In this document: in pieces, positions 56,330 through 64,000 of the stretch
Layout: each line of letters opens with the position of its first letter
How positions within the stretch are numbered: position 1 is the stretch's first letter
Source: Deltaproteobacteria bacterium
GTDB lineage: Bacteria; Desulfobacterota; Desulfobacteria; Desulfobacterales; SpSt-501
Length of the DNA: 64,000 nucleotides
Assembly: GCA_016219005.1 (NCBI GenBank)
Contig: JACRCN010000079.1
Coordinates: forward strand, 20,710 to 84,709
Reading direction: 5' to 3'
The notes under the pieces: model-generated
Told to the model about the DNA's origin: nothing
The model's database searches: none
Seen by the model: the letters and a program-made list of their open reading frames with translations, nothing else
Position numbers and translations under genes: made by a program

Positions 56330-57961
56330 TTACCCCTCGAATATATTCCCCGGGTTAAGCAATAAATTCGGATCTAAAGCCTTCTTCACGGCCCGCATCT
56401 CCGCGATCGCCTCAGGGCTGAACATGGTCTTGAGAAACTTGGCCTTGAGCTTGCCGATCCCGTGTTCGGCCGAAACCGTTCCGCCGAACTCGACGGCCTT
56501 TTCTGCAAACATTTGGTACAATCCCAGCGCCTTTTCCAGGTCGGCCATGTCCCGCGGCAGGATGTTGATGTGCACGTGGTTGTTGCCGATGTGGCCGAAG
56601 GCCGCCCACTCCAGGCCCGCGCCCGCGAGCCCCTCGCGGTAGACAGCCCATATGTCGCGCAGCCGCTCGTCGGGCACGGCCAGGTCGGTGCCGAGCTTGT
56701 GCAGGCCGGGATGTTTCTTCTTGCGCTCGGCGATGACGGCGTTGATCGTCTCGGGCAGAATGTGCCGGAACCCCTTGAGCCGCTCCAGCTCGCGGTTCTC
56801 GTAGGCCGACCAGGAATCGGAGAGCGACGCCCCGCCGCCCCGCACCACCGCGTCGAGAGCGTCCATCGTAACGGTCTTGTCGGCCGGGTCGAAATCCAGC
56901 TCGAAGAAGAGTGCCGCCCCGGCCGTTTCCGGGATGGGCGGGGTGCCTACCGACCGGGCGTCCCGCCGCTGCCGTTCGCGCAGAAGATCGAGGGCGCTGC
57001 CGGAGTAGGACTCGAGGAGGTCGAGCCGGATGCGGGATTCGGCGCGCAGGGCCTGCACGAGGGCGATGGCCTGTTCGTCGGATTGCAGGAACTGGACGAT
57101 CGAGATCTTGGGCCGCCGCGGGAGCAGACCCACCGTCACCTCGGTGATGACCCCGAAGGCGCCCTCCGAACCGATGAACAGATCGATCAGGTCCATGTGG
57201 GGGGCCGTGAAAATCCCGGAGGTGTTCTTGGTGCGGGGACTCGGATAGGTCGGGATCTTCACGCGGTAATCACGGCCGGCGGAGTCGCTGACGACGAACT
57301 CCCCGCTCGGGGAGGCGAAATACCTGCCGCGGGGGATGTCCAGGAACTCGCCGTTCACGAGCATCACGCGCAAGCCCCGCACCCAGGCGCGGGTCGGCCC
57401 GTAGCGGAAGGTGCGCGCACCCGAGGCGTTGGTGGCGACCGTGCCGCCCAGGGAGGCGCTCATCTCGGTGGGGTCGGGCGGGTAGAAATAGGGGGGCTCC
57501 CGGCGGAAGCGGTCCATCTCGAGCAGGGTCATGCCGTCGGCGCAGCGCTCGATGTCCGGGAGGTTCTTGGCCGAAAGCTGGGCGGCGATGGATCTCAGGT
57601 TCACCGCGCACTGGGCCTTGAGCCGCCACTCGGCCGCCGGCGCATCATGGTACAGGGCCAGCACCCGGTCGAAGTTCTCGAGAGACACCAGGGCGCCCTG
57701 ATTCGGAACACAGCCGCCCACCAGCCCGGTGCGCGCACCCGCGATGGTGATTTTAATGCCGCGGCGGGCCATCTCCTCCATCACCGCGGACAGCTCGGCC
57801 TCGCTCCTGGGGAAAAAGAGGTGGTCGAAGGGCCGGCAGGAAAATTTGGATTCATCCGTCAGGTAAGCCGGATACGCAGCGCTGATGTTCTCGAATCCGT
57901 CTACCCGCCGCACATCATCGAAACCACAGGTCGCAACGGGCCGGGAGGTTATTTCGTGCAT
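56330..57961 (-). CDS. FAD-linked oxidoreductase (GlcD/D-lactate dehydrogenase family)
   Basis: TGLVGG, YPPDP, GGTVATNASG, GSEGAFG, GHIGNNHVH, SAEHGIGK, LNPG. Confidence 0.88.
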   Translation of the reverse strand: MHEITSRPVATCGFDDVRRVDGFENISAAYPAYLTDESKFSCRPFDHLFFPRSEAELSAVMEEMARRGIKITIAGARTGLVGGCVPNQGALVSLENFDRVLALYHDAPAAEWRLKAQCAVNLRSIAAQLSAKNLPDIERCADGMTLLEMDRFRREPPYFYPPDPTEMSASLGGTVATNASGARTFRYGPTRAWVRGLRVMLVNGEFLDIPRGRYFASPSGEFVVSDSAGRDYRVKIPTYPSPRTKNTSGIFTAPHMDLIDLFIGSEGAFGVITEVTVGLLPRRPKISIVQFLQSDEQAIALVQALRAESRIRLDLLESYSGSALDLLRERQRRDARSVGTPPIPETAGAALFFELDFDPADKTVTMDALDAVVRGGGASLSDSWSAYENRELERLKGFRHILPETINAVIAERKKKHPGLHKLGTDLAVPDERLRDIWAVYREGLAGAGLEWAAFGHIGNNHVHINILPRDMADLEKALGLYQMFAEKAVEFGGTVSAEHGIGKLKAKFLKTMFSPEAIAEMRAVKKALDPNLLLNPGNIFEG

Positions 57962-58773
57962 TCACCGGACTCCAAGAGGTTGATGGGCCTTGAGTTGTAG
58001 ATGCTGGTGCCGGGGATTTTCTCGCGCGTGACGACGCGCCGCAGCGTCTCCGGGCCCTGCCACTGGATCACGTGGACGCGGGGGACCCGGCCGTCGAGGG
58101 CCTCGAATACGGACTCCATCTTGGCCACCATGCCGCCGGTGATGGTGCCGTCGGCGATCAGCATTTTGGCCTCGGTCACCGTGAGGGCGGGGCGGATTTG
58201 CCTGCCCACCATGACGCCGGGGACATCCGTGACGAAAACCAGGTCCGTGCAGCACGCGCCTGCGGCCAGGGCCGCCGCGGCGCTGTCGGCGTTCACGTTG
58301 TAGCTCTGGCCGGCGGCATCGCCGGAAATGGGCGAGATCACCGGCACCTCGTGTTGCGCCAGGGCCTCCAGCACCGCCTGCGGGGTCACCGCGACGATCT
58401 TGCCGACATACCCCATGCTCTGGCCGCCGCGGGTCAGCATGGGCTCGACGCGCAGAAGCCCCCGGGTCTTGCCGGACATGCGCCGGCAGGCGACGCCGTT
58501 TTTGGAAAGCCAGCCGGCGATGCGCTCGTTGATGACGCCGGAAAGGACCGATTCGACGATCCTGACGTCCTCGGCCTGGGTTACCCGCATGCCGTCCACG
58601 AAGACCGTCTCTCGGCCGGCCGCCTTGAGGGCCTGGGATATCTCGGCCCCGCCGCCGTGCACGATGACGACCTCCGTACCGGGAGCCCCCTTTATTCCCT
58701 GGGCCAGTTCCCGGAAGCCTTCCGCGCCGTCAAACGCCCGGCCGCCGATCTTGATCAATATGCGCGAGTTCAT
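57949..58773 (-). CDS. argB: Acetylglutamate kinase
   Basis: IKIGG, IVHGGG, DGMRVT, NVNAD, TDVPGV, GGMVAK. Confidence 0.92.
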   Translation of the reverse strand: MNSRILIKIGGRAFDGAEGFRELAQGIKGAPGTEVVIVHGGGAEISQALKAAGRETVFVDGMRVTQAEDVRIVESVLSGVINERIAGWLSKNGVACRRMSGKTRGLLRVEPMLTRGGQSMGYVGKIVAVTPQAVLEALAQHEVPVISPISGDAAGQSYNVNADSAAAALAAGACCTDLVFVTDVPGVMVGRQIRPALTVTEAKMLIADGTITGGMVAKMESVFEALDGRVPRVHVIQWQGPETLRRVVTREKIPGTSIYNSRPINLLESGECTK

Positions 58774-58881
58774 TCCAATATCGTCTACCCGTTATGCCGT
58801 CGATCCGCCAATGAAATGTGAGCGTGGGTCCTGGTTTTGAGCCTTCAGCGTTGCGCGTCGAGTTCGGCGCCACAGGCGCTG

Positions 58882-60648
58882 TCACATGTTTTCGAGCACA
58901 TCGACCCCCAACAATCCCAGCCCCCGCTTCAGCACGGCGGCCGTGGCCTTGATCAGGGCCAGGCGCGCGGCGGCACCGGCCGGGCTTTCGGCCTGGATCA
59001 CGGCGTGCTTGTTGTAGAACTGGTTGAAGGCCTTGGCCGTGTTGAAGATGTGTGCAGCGACCCGGGAGGGGTTGTACTCGGCGACGGCGCTCGCCACCTC
59101 CTCGGGGAACTGGATCAGCAGCTTGAGCAGCAGCAGCTCTTCCAGGTTGCCCAGCCGGGCGAAGTCCGCATCGGCGTCGGTGAGCCCCCGCTGGCCGGCC
59201 TTCTCCAGGATGCCGTAGATCCGCGCGTAAGCGTACTGGCAGTAGGGGCCGGTGAACCCGTCGAAGGAGATGGACTCGGCCGGGTCGAAGTTGATGCTCT
59301 GGGCCGGCCGCACCCGCAGGAGATAGTACTTGATGGCGCCGGTGCCGATGACGGCCGCACGGCGTTTGATCTCTTCCTCCGAAAGCCTGCGCTCCGGGTC
59401 GCGCTTGCGGATTTCCACTTCCGCCAGCTCCTCCATCCCGGCGATGAGATCGTCGGCATCCACCACCTTGCCTTCGCGCGACTTCATTTTTCCCTCGGGC
59501 AGGTAGACCATGCCGTAGGACAGGTGATAGCAGTTCGCCGCCCAGGCGTACCCGAGTGCGCCCAGCATCGAGAAGAGGCACTTGAAGTGGTGTTCCTGCT
59601 CGCTTCCGACGACGTATACCGACGAGTCGAGGCCGTGCTGGGTGACCTTGAGGATGGCGGTCCCGATGTCCTGGCTGATGTATAGGCTCGTGCCGTCGGG
59701 CCGCAGCACCGTGACCTTCTTGGGGGCCCCGCTTTTTTCCAGCCCGAACTGTGCCTCCGGCAGATGGTAGACCGTGTTGCCGCGCTCGTCCGTGGCGAAG
59801 ACGTTTTTCCGGAGACCCTCGGCGATGACGTCCTTGCCGAGCTTGTAGGTGTCCGACTCATAGTAGAAGACATCGAAGTCCATCCCGAAACGCCGGTAGG
59901 TCGCGGCAAACCCGTCGTAGACCCACTGGTTCATGCGCTTCCAGAGGCCGAGCGTTGCGGGGTCGCCGGCCTCCCAGTTTTTCAGCATCTCCTGGACGCG
60001 GGCTTCAAGCGCGGCGTCTTTTTCCGACTCGATGGCGTAGCGGACGTACCACGTCCCGACGAAGTGGTCGCCTTTCATCCCGGCCGACTGCGGGGTGGCG
60101 CCGTTTCCGAAACGCTGCCAGGCGAGCATGCTCTTGCAGATGTGCACCCCGCGGTCGTTGATCAGGATGGATTTGACCACCCGGTGCCCGGTGGCCGCGA
60201 GCAGCCGTGCCACCGAGATGCCCAGGGCCGCGTTGCGCAGGTGGCCCAGGTGCAGGGGCTTGTTGGTGTTGGGGGAGAGATACTCCACCATCACGCGCCG
60301 GCTTTCGCCGGCGCGTGAATCCCCGTAGGAGGCGCCCGCGGAGATAATCTCCGCGAGGGTGTCTTCGAATAGAATTTTTGGGTGAACCGTGAAGTTGATG
60401 TAAGGTCCGGCGGCTGTCACCGCCTGGATCACATCATCGGCTGCGATGCCGGCGGCCAGCGTCCTGGCGATCTCGGCCGGGGATTTCCGGAGCGGCTTGG
60501 CCAGGGGAAAGCAGCCCACGGCGAAATGCCCCAGCTGCAGGTCGGGCGGAAACACCACCGCGAGACCCTCCGGCGCCTGGCCGAAGGCCTTCCGGCCGGC
60601 CGCGGCCATGCGTTCCAGGATATGTTTTTTGACGCTTTCGATGGACAT
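58882..60648 (-). CDS. argS: Arginyl-tRNA synthetase
   Basis: VEYLSPNTNKPLHLGH, YYESD, MKSREG, GPYCQYAYARI. Confidence 0.96.
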   Translation of the reverse strand: MSIESVKKHILERMAAAGRKAFGQAPEGLAVVFPPDLQLGHFAVGCFPLAKPLRKSPAEIARTLAAGIAADDVIQAVTAAGPYINFTVHPKILFEDTLAEIISAGASYGDSRAGESRRVMVEYLSPNTNKPLHLGHLRNAALGISVARLLAATGHRVVKSILINDRGVHICKSMLAWQRFGNGATPQSAGMKGDHFVGTWYVRYAIESEKDAALEARVQEMLKNWEAGDPATLGLWKRMNQWVYDGFAATYRRFGMDFDVFYYESDTYKLGKDVIAEGLRKNVFATDERGNTVYHLPEAQFGLEKSGAPKKVTVLRPDGTSLYISQDIGTAILKVTQHGLDSSVYVVGSEQEHHFKCLFSMLGALGYAWAANCYHLSYGMVYLPEGKMKSREGKVVDADDLIAGMEELAEVEIRKRDPERRLSEEEIKRRAAVIGTGAIKYYLLRVRPAQSINFDPAESISFDGFTGPYCQYAYARIYGILEKAGQRGLTDADADFARLGNLEELLLLKLLIQFPEEVASAVAEYNPSRVAAHIFNTAKAFNQFYNKHAVIQAESPAGAAARLALIKATAAVLKRGLGLLGVDVLENM

Positions 60649-60692
60649 GAAATTTCCTCAAAGAATCAAAGGAACAAGCACCCAGGCCGAAC

Positions 60693-60721
60693 AATATGGC
60701 AAAAATCCAGAGCCATATCAA
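60693..60721 (-). promoter_or_regulatory. Sigma70-type promoter of argS
   Basis: TTGATA-N17-CATATT. Confidence 0.5.
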
Positions 60722-60821
60722 CTTCAAAGTGGCTCCGGGTCGCGGAGAGGCACCAGGGGTAAGGAAACCGGGAAGAGGTGTATTCAGTCCCATGAGCTTC
60801 GAGCATCCCGCTTGGAGCGCT

Positions 60822-61679
60822 TCAGTGCATGAACCCCTTGGCTTTCAGCAGCGGGACGGGGTCCACCAAGTGGCGTGTCAGCCAGCTCTTCTTGATGCCC
60901 ATGCCGAGGGCGATGGAAAGCAGCTCGGAGAAGTGAAAGATGGGCAGCTGGTGTTTCAACGAGCAGCGGATTTCGAGGTTCAGATAGCACATGGCACAGG
61001 CCGTGACGATGCAGTCGGCCTCGACGTCGATGGCCCCCTGGATGATCTGGTTGACCATGGGGGTTACCACCGCAGGCTTGGCGACGGACAAAAACGTCCC
61101 GCAGCATCGCGACGGATGGCTCCACACGAGGGGCTGCGCGCCGCAGGCGCTGAGGATTTTCTCCATCAGCCCGTGATAATCCTTCGCGTGCCGCAGCGCG
61201 GGCGGCCGGATCAACATGCAGCCGTAGTAGGGGACGAAGCGCAGGCCCTTGAGCGCGGTCTTGAGCTCCGGGCCGGCCGCGCGGAAGGCACCCTCCAGAA
61301 GCTCGAAGAAGTGCAGGATGTCCAGGTTGGGGTCGACCGGCCGGCCCCACATGCGCTCATAGGTTTCGCACGCCTGCGGGTCTTCTTTCAGATGCAGTTG
61401 GGCCTGCTGGAGCCTCAGCATGCAGCTGGGGCAGGCGACCAGCAGCGGCCGGCCCGCCGGCGCCAGCGCCAGGTTGCGGCAGGCGAAGTGAAATGCCAGA
61501 TCCGATTGGATGCTGTGGGCGGACGAGCTGCCGCAGCAGTTCCAGTCCTCCAGTTCGACGATCCGGTATCCCAGCTTCTTGCAGACTTTTAATAGCGAGC
61601 GGTTGTTCTCGCGCGCGGAGGTGGCGAGCGAACACCCCGGGAAATAGGATAACTCGATCGCGTCAGCGCCCATAGCCAT
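60822..61679 (-). CDS. hdrB: Heterodisulfide reductase subunit B-like (CCG) protein
   Basis: YFPGCSL, WNCCG, ACPSC, YYGC, CCG, TACAMC. Start at 61679 or 61673. Confidence 0.88.
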   Translation of the reverse strand: MAMGADAIELSYFPGCSLATSARENNRSLLKVCKKLGYRIVELEDWNCCGSSSAHSIQSDLAFHFACRNLALAPAGRPLLVACPSCMLRLQQAQLHLKEDPQACETYERMWGRPVDPNLDILHFFELLEGAFRAAGPELKTALKGLRFVPYYGCMLIRPPALRHAKDYHGLMEKILSACGAQPLVWSHPSRCCGTFLSVAKPAVVTPMVNQIIQGAIDVEADCIVTACAMCYLNLEIRCSLKHQLPIFHFSELLSIALGMGIKKSWLTRHLVDPVPLLKAKGFMH

Positions 61680-62253
61680 TGGGGGGCACCCTGCACGCCT
61701 CAAAAATCCGCTTCATGACCTTCCGGTCTGAAATTTTGGACGGCCGCAGATCCAATTTGCGTTTCGCCAGCATTTTCAGGCCGACATCGAAGTCGGAAAA
61801 CATGTCCAGCATGCGGATCTTGTAGCGCAGCATGATTTCAAGCTTGTGCGTGCGCCCGTATCTGTGGATGGAGTTCACGACCTCCCTGTGGAAGGCCAAT
61901 ATGCCGGGCTCGGCGGGGGATACCCCCTCTTCGATGGCCATATGCCGCATGACGTCCATGAGGGCGGCGATGTCGATGGCCTGGGGGCAGACCATCGAGC
62001 AGGTGTTGCAGCCGATGCACAGCCATATGTCCGAGGACTGGAGGGCTTCGCGGACAAGCCCCAGTTGGATGAGGCGGATGATGCCGTTCGGCCGGTAGGT
62101 CATCGCATGCGACACCGGGCAGCCGCCGCCGCAGCTCTGGCAATGGAAACAGCGGCGGAATTCGGTCCGGGATTGCGCCAGGATAGTTCGGATGAGATCC
62201 CAGTGCGTGGAGGAGGGTTTCGCCGTTATCCGGATGGGAGCGGTTGTCTCCAT
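61663..62253 (-). CDS. hdrC: Heterodisulfide reductase subunit C-like 4Fe-4S protein
   Basis: CFHCQSCGGGCP and WLCIGCNTCSMVCP. Confidence 0.88.
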   Translation of the reverse strand: METTAPIRITAKPSSTHWDLIRTILAQSRTEFRRCFHCQSCGGGCPVSHAMTYRPNGIIRLIQLGLVREALQSSDIWLCIGCNTCSMVCPQAIDIAALMDVMRHMAIEEGVSPAEPGILAFHREVVNSIHRYGRTHKLEIMLRYKIRMLDMFSDFDVGLKMLAKRKLDLRPSKISDRKVMKRIFEACRVPPNGYGR

Positions 62254-62508
62254 GATGCCCTTCTTATCACCAGCGGTGTGCCCGAGGCATTGACCTAAGT
62301 CAAACCGGGCTGGTTGCATGGCAGCCGGCGCTTATTCAAACAAGATAACCAGCAGGTAAAGGGAAACAAGAGCCGGCGGGATAAAATCATGGAGCGCGGA
62401 ACGGTTCCGCGCCGGCACCGGTTGCGCTGGAATTGACGCGCCTGTTTAAAAATGCAATTAACAGCCTGCTCAGGCTGGACAGATTCGGGATCAGAAAGGC
62501 GGGGAAGA

Positions 62509-63450
62509 ATGAAGAAAGGTTTCGACCAGGTGGCGGTCATCGGTGCCGGGACCATGGGGCATGGCCTGGCCCTTCTTTTTGCGCTGGGCGGCAGCGCGGT
62601 GCGCTTGGTGGACGTAAGCCGGGAGCGCCTCGAGCGGGCCATGGGGCTGATCCGATCACACCTCAGCGGCCTGAACCTCCAGCGGGAATACGACGTCGAA
62701 ATGGAGATGGTCCTCAAGCGGATCGCCCCCGAGCAGGCGCTGGGGGACGGGATCTCGGAATCTGATTTCATCGTGGAAGCCATTGTTGAAAAGGCCGAAG
62801 CCAAGCAGGCGCTGTTCCACGAACTGGGTCGTTGGGCTGCAGCCGAAACGATCGTCGCCAGCACCACCTCGTACATGAATGTCTTTTCGCTCGCGCCGGA
62901 AGCCCTGCAGCAGCGTCTGCTGATCGCCCACTTCTACAATCCGCCCTACATCATCCCCCTGGTGGAGATCGTTCCCGGGCCTCGGACCGACCCCGCCGTG
63001 CTGGGCCGGGTCAAAGACCACCTGGAACGCCTGCAACTGACCTGCATCACGATGAAGAAATACATACCGGGATTCATCATCAATCGCCTGCAACGCGCGC
63101 TCGGACGTGAAATTTTCCATCTCATCGATTCCGGGGTGGCGGAGCCCGGCGAGATCGACCGGGCGGCCAAGGCCAGCCTCGCCATCCGCCTGCCCGTGAT
63201 GGGTGTGGTGGCGCGCTACGATTTCGCCGGGTTGGATGCGACCTTGAACAACATCCAGGGAGAGCCCATCCATTTGGCTTCCGGCGATGACCGTTCGCCT
63301 ACACTCCAGCGCCTGGTGGACGCGGGGCACTACGGCGTGAAGACGGGCCAGGGCTTCTTCGACTGGAGCGGCCGGGACCTCGAGGAACTGCTGCAGGAGC
63401 GCGACCTGCGCCTGCTCCAGGTGCGCAAGCTGATGAAACAATGGGATTGA
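62509..63450 (+). CDS. 3-hydroxyacyl-CoA dehydrogenase family protein
   Basis: VIGAGTMG, VEAIVE, HFYNPP, PGFIINRLQ, GVKTGQGF. Confidence 0.9.
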   Translation: MKKGFDQVAVIGAGTMGHGLALLFALGGSAVRLVDVSRERLERAMGLIRSHLSGLNLQREYDVEMEMVLKRIAPEQALGDGISESDFIVEAIVEKAEAKQALFHELGRWAAAETIVASTTSYMNVFSLAPEALQQRLLIAHFYNPPYIIPLVEIVPGPRTDPAVLGRVKDHLERLQLTCITMKKYIPGFIINRLQRALGREIFHLIDSGVAEPGEIDRAAKASLAIRLPVMGVVARYDFAGLDATLNNIQGEPIHLASGDDRSPTLQRLVDAGHYGVKTGQGFFDWSGRDLEELLQERDLRLLQVRKLMKQWD

Positions 63451-63459
63451 GGCAAGCCA

Positions 63460-64000
63460 ATGAGTGCCAGCATTGATCTGAAGGACAAGCTGATGAGCGC
63501 CGAGGAGGCCGTGCGGCGCTTCGTCAAAGACGGAGACATGATCGCCTTGGGGGGCTTCACGGTCAACCGCAACGCCATGGTCATCGCTCGCGAAATCATC
63601 CGCCAGGGCCGCCGGGAACTGCACCTCGTGATGCACTCCCACGGCCAGGCCATGGACATCCTGGTCGGGGCGGGCGTGGTGAGCCGCCTGGAGCTGGCCT
63701 ACGGCGGCACCGGTCGTTTCGCGCCCACCGGTATCCGGTTTCGCAAGGCGGTGCAAGCGGGACAAGTGCAAGTGGAGGACTACTCCAACTTCCAGATGAG
63801 CCTCAGGTTCCTGGCGGGGGCCCTGAATCTGCCTTTCATTCCCAGTTGTTCCGGGTTTGAGAGCGACGTGTTGAACCGGGAAGGCTTCGGCCCCGAGTTG
63901 CGCGGCCGGGGCCGGATCCCCTCCCGCAAGGCGATCATCACGGATAACCCCTTCAGCCCTGACCGGGAGCCGGTGGTGCTCCTGCCGGCGCTTGCTCCCG
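63460..64000 (+). CDS. CoA-transferase subunit A (glutaconate CoA-transferase GctA-like), truncated by the window edge
   Basis: Manual translation MSASIDLKDKLMSAEEAVRRFVKDGDMIALGGFTVNRN...EDYSNFQMSLRFLAGALNLPFIP. Confidence 0.85.
   Translation, partial: MSASIDLKDKLMSAEEAVRRFVKDGDMIALGGFTVNRNAMVIAREIIRQGRRELHLVMHSHGQAMDILVGAGVVSRLELAYGGTGRFAPTGIRFRKAVQAGQVQVEDYSNFQMSLRFLAGALNLPFIPSCSGFESDVLNREGFGPELRGRGRIPSRKAIITDNPFSPDREPVVLLPALAP

Noticed and set aside
62412-62426. CGGCAC...TTGC as a sigma54 promoter
   Set aside because: Spacing is too short for a -24/-12 element.

Overview
GC-rich chromosomal segment of a sulfate-reducing deltaproteobacterium, most likely Desulfobacterota (inferred from reductive-type dsrABD-dsrN, tetraheme cytochrome c3 and HdrBC-like genes). 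It holds, in order: a glycogen cluster (glgA, glgP, a 1439-aa two-module debranching enzyme, a eukaryote-type UDP-glucose pyrophosphorylase) around a CdaA-YbbR diadenylate cyclase; ilvE and dapA; the dsr locus; tatBC, mltA and Moco genes; an amidinotransferase; an argG-carA-carB-argA operon; a two-component/c-di-GMP cluster whose hybrid kinase is split by one in-frame TAG; a TAXI-TRAP transporter; typA and an argE-like deacylase; tartrate/D-malate dehydrogenase; an Etf-linked FAD dehydrogenase module; argB and argS; hdrBC-like genes; and the start of an acyl-CoA catabolic operon. The most notable observation is an unannotated 30-codon Arg-rich leader peptide ([30 protein letters not shown]) with promoter, pause hairpin, antiterminator and intrinsic terminator ahead of argG. 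It looks like a complete ribosome-coupled arginine attenuator. No rRNA, tRNA, CRISPR array or transposase was seen. All calls come from reading the sequence; no database search was run.
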